Below are positions 8,095-16,346 of a stretch of 64,000 nt of DNA, piece by piece (the stretch's first letter is position 1; every line of letters begins with the position of its first letter). Below the pieces are notes generated by a model. That model had not been told where the DNA came from. It was given only the letters and a program-made list of their open reading frames with translations, and ran no database searches. Source of the DNA: Candidatus Colwellbacteria bacterium (GTDB lineage Bacteria > Patescibacteriota > Minisyncoccia > UBA6257 > Colwellbacteraceae); assembly GCA_016176525.1 (NCBI GenBank), contig JACOWZ010000003.1, positions 256,001 through 320,000 of the forward strand. Reading direction: 5' to 3'. The translations under genes and the position numbers were made by a program.

Positions 8095-9669
8095 ATGGCT
8101 AAGAAAACCGTTGTAATGGTTATATTGGACGGTTGGGGCATAGGCAAGCATGATGCCTCAAACCCAATATACGAGTTAAATCCCAAGAATATTGATTTTA
8201 TAAAACACAATTATTCTATTGGTTCTTTGCAGGCTTCTGGTATTGCAGTCGGCTTACCGTGGGAAGAAGAAGGCAACTCGGAGGTTGGACACCTTACACT
8301 TGGTTCCGGCCGCGTTATATACCAGCACTACCCAAGAATAAGCATATCTCTGCGCGACGAAAGCTTTTATTCTAATAAAGTTTTACTAGGGGCTTTTAAC
8401 CATGCAAGGGAGCATGGCGGCGCAGTTAACTTGATAGGCATTTTAACCGGTGGCAATGTGCACGCGGCACTCGAACACTTAGAAGGCCTTTTAAAACTAG
8501 CGGAGCGGCAAAAGGCAGGTGCAGTAAATTTGCATTTATTTACAGACGGCAAAGACTCGCCGCCAAAATCCGTTTTGAGGCTGTTGCAAAAACTAGATAT
8601 TGAGTCATATAAGGCAAGGGGACTGAATGTTAGGATTGCGAGCATTGCAGGCAGGTACTACGGGATGGACCGCGACTTACATTGGAAAAGAACAGAGAGA
8701 GCATACGCGGCCATTACCGGCGCGTCATCAACGAATAACGAATCCAATACGAATATACGAATGGGTGCAGCCGAATATATTGAGTTGCAATATGCGCAGG
8801 GCTTAACAGATGAGTTTATCGAACCCAAAATTATAGACCCATCAGGCGCGCTAAAGAGCGGAGATGCAACGATATTTTTTAACTTTAGAGAAGATAGCAT
8901 CAGGCAGCTCACGGAGATGTTTATAGAAAACATCAATTCAGGCAATTTAAAAGACCTGAATGTCGCAACTTTTACAGAATACAACAAAAAATTTCCGTTT
9001 CCGGTTGCATTTCCGCCTGAGGATGTTGTAAATTCGCTCGGCAAGGTCTTGTCGGATGAGGGTTTTACGCAATTAAGAATCGCCGAGACTAATAAGTACG
9101 CACACGTTACTTATTTTTTTAACGGTTATTTAGAAAAGCCTTTTAAAAACGAATACAGGGTTTTAGTGCCGTCTAAAAATGTTCCGCGTTACGATGAAGT
9201 GCCGGAGATGAGCGCGCGCGATATTACTGCTCGCGCCTTAGAAGCAATAAAAGAAAGAGCCTACGATTTTATCCTTATAAACTATGCAAACGCAGACATA
9301 GTGGCTCACACCGGAAATTTTGACGCAACCGTAAAGGCGGTTTCGGTTGTAGACGAGCAAATTGGTATTTTAATGAAAGAGGTTTTGCGCACAAAGGCAG
9401 TGATGCTGATTACCTCCGACCACGGTAATGCCGAAAAAGTGTTGGACCTTGCAACCGGTTTACCGGAGACCCAGCACGACCCTTCGCCTGTGCCGGTATA
9501 TGTTATAGGCGAGGAGTATAAAAAACCGAAAGGTGAGGCCGAAATAAGCGAGTCAGAAAAATTAAGCACAGGGCTTATATCGGATGTCGCCCCTACAGTG
9601 CTAGACATTATGGGCGTTCAACAACCGCCCGAGATGACCGGCGTTAGTCTGCTACAATCATTAATATGA
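8095..9669 (+). CDS. gpmI: 2,3-bisphosphoglycerate-independent phosphoglycerate mutase
   Basis: N-terminus VVMVILDGWGIG, 524 aa, metalloenzyme-family motifs throughout. Confidence 0.85.
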   Translation: MAKKTVVMVILDGWGIGKHDASNPIYELNPKNIDFIKHNYSIGSLQASGIAVGLPWEEEGNSEVGHLTLGSGRVIYQHYPRISISLRDESFYSNKVLLGAFNHAREHGGAVNLIGILTGGNVHAALEHLEGLLKLAERQKAGAVNLHLFTDGKDSPPKSVLRLLQKLDIESYKARGLNVRIASIAGRYYGMDRDLHWKRTERAYAAITGASSTNNESNTNIRMGAAEYIELQYAQGLTDEFIEPKIIDPSGALKSGDATIFFNFREDSIRQLTEMFIENINSGNLKDLNVATFTEYNKKFPFPVAFPPEDVVNSLGKVLSDEGFTQLRIAETNKYAHVTYFFNGYLEKPFKNEYRVLVPSKNVPRYDEVPEMSARDITARALEAIKERAYDFILINYANADIVAHTGNFDATVKAVSVVDEQIGILMKEVLRTKAVMLITSDHGNAEKVLDLATGLPETQHDPSPVPVYVIGEEYKKPKGEAEISESEKLSTGLISDVAPTVLDIMGVQQPPEMTGVSLLQSLI

Positions 9670-9769
9670 TTGTATAATTTCCAATTTTCCAATTTTCATT
9701 GAATTTAAAAATTTAAATGTTTAAAACATTGAAAATTCATTGCAAAATTTTAAATTGTAAAATTTTTCT

Positions 9770-10114
9770 ATGTGGCGCTACATAATAATTCCAATTTCTG
9801 TAAACGTTTTTGGCATTTGGGCGGCGGGGAAATATGTTGAGGGTTTTATGGTTCCAGAGAGTATATGGGCACTTATCGTAGCAGGGGTGGTCTTATCTCT
9901 CATTAATCTGGCGGTTCGGCCGTTTTTAAGGCTCATTTTTAGCCCGCTGATACTTCTAACAATGGGTTTGGCGCTTATTGCAGTAAATATGCTTGTTTTA
10001 TATCTCCTTGACTACCTCTTAACTTCCATTACAATAGACGGGCTACTTCCACTACTCTTAGGTACGTTAATTATCTCGGCGGTGAATGTAGTTTTAAGAT
10101 TTATATTGTTATAA
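9770..10114 (+). CDS. small 4-TM membrane protein (DUF360 / holin-superfamily-IV-like)
   Basis: 114 aa with four hydrophobic segments and a pattern typical of the YvlD/DUF360 family. Confidence 0.5.
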   Translation: MWRYIIIPISVNVFGIWAAGKYVEGFMVPESIWALIVAGVVLSLINLAVRPFLRLIFSPLILLTMGLALIAVNMLVLYLLDYLLTSITIDGLLPLLLGTLIISAVNVVLRFILL

Positions 10115-10122
10115 TTACTTTT

Positions 10123-10332
10123 ATGTTAACTTTTGCAATAATTGTAGTTGCCGTAATCATAGTAATTCTAGTTGCGGTGCAAAACCGCTCTGCTGGTATT
10201 GGCGTTTTCGGCGGTGCAGGCGGGGACTCTGTATATCAAACACGCCGCGGCCTTGAGAAGTTTTTGTTTATACTAACAGTTGTGTCCATAGCTGTTTTTG
10301 CACTTTTGGGCATTGCAAATTTGATCTTGTAA
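10123..10332 (+). CDS. secG: preprotein translocase subunit SecG
   Basis: 69 aa with two TM segments flanking a Gly-rich loop (QNRSAGIGVFGGAGGDSVYQTRRG), the SecG signature. Confidence 0.8.
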   Translation: MLTFAIIVVAVIIVILVAVQNRSAGIGVFGGAGGDSVYQTRRGLEKFLFILTVVSIAVFALLGIANLIL

Positions 10333-10335
10333 TAA

Positions 10336-11907
10336 ATGTTTCTCAAAAAACTTTTTAATTCCTTTTCAAGGTTAGAAAAGATTATTTTAATAGGCGCTAT
10401 TGCCGTTTTTGTTTTGTCTGGCTCGGTTAAGGCTGCTATATATGTCGTCTCTGAGGGTGAGCTTTTGCCGGAGCGCGGTGGCAGATTTGTAGAGGGTGTA
10501 GTTGGCCAGCCGGTTTTTATAAACCCGATTATTCCCACAAGCCGCGTGGATAGGGATATTGCAGAACTTGTGTTCTCGAGTGCCAAAGATTTGGCAGACA
10601 GCATAAAAATGGAAGAAGATGGCAAGGTTTGGACCCTGCGCCTTAAAGAAGGTGTGCTCTGGCACGACGGAGCGCGCGTAACATCCGACGACATACTCTT
10701 TAGCTTAGAAGTTTTACAGGATGTGGAGGCGCGTTCTCCATATTTTGCATCTTTCCAGGGCGTTGCAGCCGAGCGTATAAGTGAGTTGGAAATTAAGTTT
10801 GCACTGCAATCTCCTTATGTTTTTTTCGGCGAAGAAAATCTAAAACTTCTTGGTGTTATCCCAAAACACATTTTTGGAGACATTCCGGTGCAGAATTATA
10901 AGCTTTCTGCGCTTGGGTTGCGGCCTGTTGGCTCCGGCCCGTACAAAGTTGCGGGTTTGCAGCAGGATTCGCGCGGCGTGATAAGCCAAATGGAACTTGT
11001 GGCCCATGACAAGGGTGTGGAAGCCCCAAACATAACGAATTTTGTTTTTAAGTTTTTTAAATCCGACGAAGAATTGGTGCAGAACTACAACCGAGGCGCA
11101 ATTGATGGGTTTGGGCTGAGCATTGCACACGGTCAAGATTTGTCAGAAGGCGGGGATATAAAAATACGCCGCGTGGTAGAGCCAATTAGGTCTCTGCGCC
11201 ACTATGCGATTTTTATAAACAATTCTTTAGAAATTGATGCGCTTGAAGACGGCGATGTGCGGCGGGCGCTCTCCAGTACAGTAGATAGAGATCGCATTAT
11301 AAAAGAAGTTTTTGGGGGCGAGGCTGCGCCTATCTATGGGCCTACTACATTTGTGGCGTCCGATACCGAAGAGGTGGATTTGTCGGTTTTAGAAGGTTTG
11401 GAGTTTAACATTACCGTGCCTGACGAAGATTTTCTTGTAAAGACCGTAGAAATTATAGAAGAAAATTGGGAGGCCTATGGAGCACAGGTGAATCTATTAG
11501 TTTTGCCCCTAAAAGATATTCAAGAGGTAACATTAAAAACCACAAATTACGAGATGCTTGTTTTTGGCAATGCCGTTGGCGAGAGTTACGATTTGTTCGC
11601 TTTTTGGCATTCGCTAAAACGGTTTTATCCGGATCAAAATCTTTCGCAATATCAGAGTAAGAAAATAGATGAATTACTTGAGCTATATCGCAGCGAGCCG
11701 GACAAGGAAGCGCGTCATGAAATGCTCTCTGAAATTGGCGACCAGATTGCCGCGGATTACCCCGCTATTTTCTTGTATGTGCCAAACTATATGTATGTGC
11801 ACGCGCCGCGCTTAAAGGGCTTTGACTCTAACTTTACAATCAATTCGCCGCCGGACAGATTTGGCGCTGTTGGAGAGTGGTATGTAAAAACACGCCGGGA
11901 GTTTTAG
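10336..11907 (+). CDS. ABC transporter substrate-binding protein, family 5 (peptide/nickel type)
   Basis: N-terminal signal anchor, a GSGPYKV motif and other SBP_bac_5-like segments, 523 aa. Confidence 0.65.
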   Translation: MFLKKLFNSFSRLEKIILIGAIAVFVLSGSVKAAIYVVSEGELLPERGGRFVEGVVGQPVFINPIIPTSRVDRDIAELVFSSAKDLADSIKMEEDGKVWTLRLKEGVLWHDGARVTSDDILFSLEVLQDVEARSPYFASFQGVAAERISELEIKFALQSPYVFFGEENLKLLGVIPKHIFGDIPVQNYKLSALGLRPVGSGPYKVAGLQQDSRGVISQMELVAHDKGVEAPNITNFVFKFFKSDEELVQNYNRGAIDGFGLSIAHGQDLSEGGDIKIRRVVEPIRSLRHYAIFINNSLEIDALEDGDVRRALSSTVDRDRIIKEVFGGEAAPIYGPTTFVASDTEEVDLSVLEGLEFNITVPDEDFLVKTVEIIEENWEAYGAQVNLLVLPLKDIQEVTLKTTNYEMLVFGNAVGESYDLFAFWHSLKRFYPDQNLSQYQSKKIDELLELYRSEPDKEARHEMLSEIGDQIAADYPAIFLYVPNYMYVHAPRLKGFDSNFTINSPPDRFGAVGEWYVKTRREF

Positions 11908-11911
11908 TAGA

Positions 11912-11940
11912 TTGACAATTATTAAGCCTTAATATAAGAT
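11912..11940 (+). promoter_or_regulatory. sigma-70-like promoter candidate upstream of tRNA-Leu and rnj
   Basis: TTGACA at 11912-11917, then TATAAG/TAAGAT -10 candidates 15-17 nt downstream. Confidence 0.4.
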
Positions 11941-11996
11941 TAGTTCAATTAAGAAGCCTCTTTATTATGCAGATTTGCCTCCTATCCGTGATTGAT

Positions 11997-12078
11997 GCCG
12001 CGGTGGCGGAATTGGCAGACGCACTGGCTTCAGGAGTCAGCGACGAAAGTCATGGGAGTTCAAATCTCCCCCGCGGCA
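11997..12078 (+). tRNA. tRNA-Leu (anticodon CAG)
   Basis: Acceptor stem gccgcgg pairs with ccgcggc. The anticodon stem-loop is ctggc-ttCAGga-gtcag. There is a long variable arm (class II) and a T-arm gggag-ttcaaat-ctccc. No CCA is encoded. Confidence 0.8.
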
Positions 12079-12088
12079 CAAACAAGTT

Positions 12089-13765
12089 ATGAAATCTAAA
12101 CACGAAGATACAGTTCGCCTAATCCCCCTTGGGGGCCTAGAAGAGGTTGGCCGGAATATGGCCTATATTGAGTATAAAGACGAAATTGTAATTATAGATA
12201 TGGGCATACAGTTCCCCGAAGAAGCAACTCCGGGCGTGGATTTTATTATCCCAAACATAGAGTCTCTAATCCCAAAACGCGAAAACATCCGCGCAGTTGT
12301 TTTAACCCACGGTCACTTTGACCACGTTGGAGCAATACCCTACCTTATGGGCAAGCTTGGCAACCCGCGCATTTACACCACAAAGCTTACAAAGGCCCTT
12401 ATCGAGAAGCGCCAAGAAGACTTTGTTAATGCTCCCAAACTAAAAATAGAAGTAATAAATGTTTGGGACAAAGTTAAAGTCGGCGACCATATAGAGTTGG
12501 AGTTTTTTGGCGTTTACCACACAGTGCCGGACACCGTAGGTGTGGTAGTAAAAACTCCGGCGGCAAACATTGCACACTATGCGGATTTTAGAATTGAATA
12601 CGACGCAAAAGGCAATGCGCAAGATTTAGATGTATTTGAGCGCGTATCAAAGTTAGACATTCACACATTTATGGTGGATTCCACAAACGCAGAAGAGGAG
12701 GGGCGCACTGTTTCGGAAAAAATAGTGGAGCAAAATTTAGAGGAGCTGTTTAAAGCCGCCAAAGGCAGGGTAATACTCTCAACTTTCTCTACTATGCTGA
12801 CTCGCATTGCAGAGATTATAAAAATATGCGAGCGATTGGGCCGCAAAGTGATAATAAATGGCCGGTCTATGAAAGAAGCAATCCAAATTGCGCGCAATCT
12901 TGGCTATATGAAGGTTAAAAAAGAAACAATTGTAGGCGTTGAGGATATGAAAAAGCTTAAAGATAACCAGATTATGATTATTACTACCGGCGCCCAAGGC
13001 CAAGAAAATGCAGGACTCTCGCGCATAGTAAACGGGGAGCACAAGCACATTACAATTAAACCCGGCGACACAATGATATTTTCTTCTTCTGTAATACCTG
13101 GCAACGAGCGTAGCGTGCAAAACCTTAAAGATAATCTTACTCGGCAAGGGGCAATAGTGCACACATCTAAAGTTATAGACATTCACTCCAGCGGCCATGC
13201 GCCGGCAGACGACCTTACAATGACAATAAAGCTAACTAAGCCTAAGTTTGTTGTGCCCGTGCACGGGTATTACTTTATGCGTTCTGCAAACGGGCAGAAT
13301 GCAGTTAAGGCCGGCGTGCCTGCAGAAAACATTCGCCTTATGGACAACGGCCAGGTTGCAATTTTGAGTAAAGACAAGTTTGAAATAACCAAAGAGACTG
13401 TGCCGGCGAACTACGTTATGGTAGACGGGCTTGGCGTGGGTGATGTGGGCGAGATTGTGCTCCGCGACAGGCGAATTTTAGCCCAAGAAGGCATGGTGGT
13501 TGTTATTACCACGATTGACCGCCGAACAGGCAAGCTATTAAAGAACCCGGATATTATCTCTCGCGGGTTTATATACCTTAAAGAAAACCAAGACTTGCTA
13601 AACGAGGTGCGTAAGAAAATTCGCACTCTTGTAGGCAAGATTCCGCGCAAACAATCGCCGGATATTGACTACCTAAAAAATATCTTCCGCGACCAGATTG
13701 GGCAGTTTTTGTACAACAAAACCTTTCGTCGCCCGATGGTTTTGCCAGTAATAATAGAGATCTAG
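12089..13765 (+). CDS. rnj: ribonuclease J (metallo-beta-lactamase / beta-CASP)
   Basis: VRLIPLGGLEEVGRNM..., VLTHGHFDHVGAIPYL (HxHxDH) and a beta-CASP region, 558 aa. Confidence 0.85.
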   Translation: MKSKHEDTVRLIPLGGLEEVGRNMAYIEYKDEIVIIDMGIQFPEEATPGVDFIIPNIESLIPKRENIRAVVLTHGHFDHVGAIPYLMGKLGNPRIYTTKLTKALIEKRQEDFVNAPKLKIEVINVWDKVKVGDHIELEFFGVYHTVPDTVGVVVKTPAANIAHYADFRIEYDAKGNAQDLDVFERVSKLDIHTFMVDSTNAEEEGRTVSEKIVEQNLEELFKAAKGRVILSTFSTMLTRIAEIIKICERLGRKVIINGRSMKEAIQIARNLGYMKVKKETIVGVEDMKKLKDNQIMIITTGAQGQENAGLSRIVNGEHKHITIKPGDTMIFSSSVIPGNERSVQNLKDNLTRQGAIVHTSKVIDIHSSGHAPADDLTMTIKLTKPKFVVPVHGYYFMRSANGQNAVKAGVPAENIRLMDNGQVAILSKDKFEITKETVPANYVMVDGLGVGDVGEIVLRDRRILAQEGMVVVITTIDRRTGKLLKNPDIISRGFIYLKENQDLLNEVRKKIRTLVGKIPRKQSPDIDYLKNIFRDQIGQFLYNKTFRRPMVLPVIIEI

Positions 13766-14742
13766 ACAAGCCCTACTTTTGCGCGAACTTCTTCCATTGT
13801 CTGTGTCGCTATTTTTTGCGCTTTTTTTGCCCCTGCTTGCAACGCGCGCAATATCTCACTTTTTTTCTTTAAGAGTGCCCTGCGCTCTTTTTGTAAAGGA
13901 GCAAGCGCGTTTATTATTACTTCCGCTAGCTCGCGCTTAAAGTCCGCGTATCCGATATCGGCATATTTTTTAACCACTTCTTGTGGCGTTAACCCTGTAA
14001 ATTCGCTGTATATCAAAACCAAATTTGATATCCCCGGTCTTTTTTCGGGGTCATAACCAATACCAGAGAAAGAATCTGTCGTGGCAGACATTACCTTTTT
14101 GCGCATCTCGTCTGCCGAATCGTGCAAAAATAGGCACCCGGAGGGGATAGATTTAGACATTTTCTTCTCTGGGTTATCCAAACTCATAATCCGCTCTGCC
14201 TTAGCTGTTATTGTGCGAGGCTCTTTAAAAGTTTTGCCAAAAGCGCTGTTGAACTTGCGCACAATTTCGCGGGCAAGCTCTATGTGCTGCCTTTGGTCAT
14301 CGCCAACCGGCACTGCCTCTGCTTTGTAGAGTAAAATGTCTGCTGCCATAAGCACAGGGTATGTAAAAAGGCCTACATTCGGCGTCTTGCCTTCCGCAAC
14401 CTTCTCTTTATACGCTGTCATTCTCTGCAAATCCCCCATAGATGTTATTGTGCCTAAAATCCAAGCAAGGTTTGTATGCTCGGGTACGTGCGATTGCACA
14501 AAGAGTATGGATTTCTTTGGGTCAATACCGGCTGCGAGCATATCTATTGCTAAATCCAGGGTTTGCGCTGCGCGTTCTTTTGCGGGTAAGAGCCCAGTCA
14601 TCGCGTGGTAGTCTACTATTGAATAAATACACGTGTAATGCCCTGAGTTTTGCAGCTCCACAGCTTGGCGCAGCATGCCCAAGTAATTCCCAATATGCAA
14701 TTCCCCAGATGGCTGTATACCGCTTACAATTACAGGTTTCAT
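13762..14742 (-). CDS. trpS: tryptophan--tRNA ligase
   Basis: VSGIQPSGELHIGNYLG (HIGH) and KMSKS-like (KMSKS at ...EKKMSKSIP), 326 aa. Confidence 0.9.
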   Translation of the reverse strand: MKPVIVSGIQPSGELHIGNYLGMLRQAVELQNSGHYTCIYSIVDYHAMTGLLPAKERAAQTLDLAIDMLAAGIDPKKSILFVQSHVPEHTNLAWILGTITSMGDLQRMTAYKEKVAEGKTPNVGLFTYPVLMAADILLYKAEAVPVGDDQRQHIELAREIVRKFNSAFGKTFKEPRTITAKAERIMSLDNPEKKMSKSIPSGCLFLHDSADEMRKKVMSATTDSFSGIGYDPEKRPGISNLVLIYSEFTGLTPQEVVKKYADIGYADFKRELAEVIINALAPLQKERRALLKKKSEILRALQAGAKKAQKIATQTMEEVRAKVGLV

Positions 14743-14760
14743 AATTTTAATTTCTAATTT

Positions 14761-15204
14761 CTAAGTTTTAATTTCTAATCAAGTTTTATTGTTTAAAGTT
14801 CTAAGGGTTTTAGCAAAAATTAGTGTCAACTCTTGAGTTTCTTTCCATAGAGCACTAATTTTATCCTTATATTCAGGATAACACTTAGCCAACATTCTAA
14901 GCCAGTGTTTTGTTTCTTCGGATTCTTTCTTCGTAATATGAATTTTATTCTTAAAATCTTTTTTAGAACTCGCTCCATTAGCTTCCGAATAATTAGCGCC
15001 TATACTTGTTCCAGATCTTATTAATTGGTTAATAATTGGTTGAGAAATAGAATTAATTTTTATTTTTTGACATAGATCTATAATATTTTCTCCGAATCGT
15101 GCCGTCCGCTCTTGTAGATCAAACTTATCTTGGACCATGTTATAAACGCATTATACCTAATTAAGCCTTATAACTTAATTCTTGGATAGAAATTAGAACT
15201 TAGG
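14761..15204. mobile_element. inverted-repeat-flanked cassette (MITE-like) carrying a four-helix-bundle protein gene
   Basis: A 23-bp terminal inverted repeat ctaagttttaatttctaatcaag (14761-14783) matches the reverse complement of 15181-15204 (cctaagttctaatttctatccaag) at 20/23 positions. A cargo-less copy of both repeats occurs at 48474-48558. Confidence 0.5.
14779..15138 (-). CDS. four-helix-bundle protein (23S rRNA intervening-sequence protein family)
   Basis: 119 aa, MVQDKFDLQERTARFGENIIDLCQKI...SIGANYSEANG...ETKHWLRML matches the family signature. The stop codon lies inside the left inverted repeat. Confidence 0.75.
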   Translation of the reverse strand: MVQDKFDLQERTARFGENIIDLCQKIKINSISQPIINQLIRSGTSIGANYSEANGASSKKDFKNKIHITKKESEETKHWLRMLAKCYPEYKDKISALWKETQELTLIFAKTLRTLNNKT

Positions 15205-15227
15205 CCTTAAAACTTCCGGATTTGCCT

Positions 15228-15279
15228 TAACGTGGCAATTTTGGTATTCTAAGCGGCAAACGTGTTTTGCCACATGGCA
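15228..15279 (+). promoter_or_regulatory. operator-like palindromes (TTGCCA-N2-TGGCAA and repeated TGGCAA half-sites) over the start of the HTH gene
   Basis: The perfect inverted repeat ttgccaCAtggcaa at 15266-15279 overlaps ATG 15274. There are additional gtggcaa / ggcaaacgtgttttgcc half-sites just upstream. Confidence 0.4.
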
Positions 15280-15987
15280 ACCGCATTTATCTTTATGAAT
15301 TCCACTTCTCAAAAAGCTCACGATATAGCGTTTGCCACATTCCGTGTGGCGGCTCTTGTTGGTCACAGAAAACTTCGCGAAGAACTCCAGAATTCAGCAG
15401 TGGAGCTTGCGGTAAACTACGAGGCAGTTGCAAACCCGGCGCTTGCAAAAAGTGCTACCGTAATCAGCATTTTGGAGCGCCTTATAACTTTGGGCGAATC
15501 AATAAAAGAGATCGGTCCAATAAGTGCAAGGGTTCTAAAAAGGGAACTCGGCAATCTTCAAACGGCAATTAAAGAGGCAAATGCGGCAATTCAAGTGGCA
15601 ACAAGTGGCAAAAAAGAACCTCAAGAGGCAAATTTGGACGACATTTTTGGCTCAAGTGGCAATCTAAACGGCAATCCGCCAGCTGGCGGAGAAGCTAAAA
15701 AATCTGAAGAAACTAAAGAAGCTAATACAGCTAGTCTAGAAGCAACCAAAGAAGCTCTAAGTAGTGTTTCGGAACGGCAAATGGCAATTTTGGAATCCAT
15801 TCGGCAAAACGAATTTTGCCGTTTGCGCAACATTGTAGATGATGTAGACGGCGTAAGCCCCCGCACTATAAGAAACGACATACAAGACCTTATAAATATG
15901 GGCCTCGTAAGGCGCGTAGGCAATGGCGGCCCAGCTAGCTACTTCCAGTTAACGGGCATAAAAACCTCATCTACTGCCCAACTGTAA
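15262..15987 (+). CDS. hypothetical protein with C-terminal winged-helix (DeoR-like) HTH
   Basis: C-terminus ...VSPRTIRNDIQDLINMGLVRRVGNGGPASYFQL looks like a DeoR/HTH_11-type DNA-binding motif. The ORF-track start at 15262 is GTG, and an ATG at 15274 is an alternative. Confidence 0.5.
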   Translation: MFCHMATAFIFMNSTSQKAHDIAFATFRVAALVGHRKLREELQNSAVELAVNYEAVANPALAKSATVISILERLITLGESIKEIGPISARVLKRELGNLQTAIKEANAAIQVATSGKKEPQEANLDDIFGSSGNLNGNPPAGGEAKKSEETKEANTASLEATKEALSSVSERQMAILESIRQNEFCRLRNIVDDVDGVSPRTIRNDIQDLINMGLVRRVGNGGPASYFQLTGIKTSSTAQL

Positions 15988-16027
15988 CTATACGGTCGCA
16001 CCCCTCGTTTTATTAACAGTATCGGGA

Positions 16028-16056
16028 TTGTGTTAAAATTACAGAAAGGATAGAAT
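16028..16056 (+). promoter_or_regulatory. sigma-70-like promoter candidate (TTGTGT-N17-TAGAAT)
   Basis: A -35 ttgtgt at 16028-16033, a 17-nt spacer and a -10 tagaat at 16051-16056. Confidence 0.4.
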
Positions 16057-16072
16057 ATCTGCTATTGGTTCC

Positions 16073-16160
16073 GAAGTGAGGCGGAGCCAGTTACGCAGTT
16101 ATGTGGTTGCAAGTTATGTTGTTATCCAATCGCCTCACTACGAGGTTTTTTGTTTTGTTA
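16073..16160 (+). ncRNA. candidate small RNA or attenuator hairpin ending in a U-tract
   Basis: A 12-bp stem (ccgaagtgaggcg pairs with cgcctcactacgagg, one mismatch) encloses a ~47-nt loop and is followed by ttttttgttttg. It lies downstream of the promoter candidate at 16028 and upstream of the secreted-protein gene. Confidence 0.3.
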
Positions 16161-16346
16161 TTAGAACCTTCCCATAGGCATCAGCTTGCCGCCTTAGACT
16201 AAACCTCCGCCCAACCTCACGAGGGCGAGAGAAAATCGCCCCAGGAGGGGCGGAATAAGGGCTTAAGGCAGTTGGTCGATGGTGTTAACCTTGTGGAGGC
16301 GTTACCCAAATTACAAATAAGAAATAAATTAATTACAAATTACAAA

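Noticed and set aside
15228-15250. Sigma-54 promoter (TGGCAC-N5-TTGCA) at tggcaattttggtattc
   Set aside because: The GG and GC elements are not spaced or conserved properly (-24 TGGCAa, -12 'gtatt'). An operator palindrome is a better interpretation.
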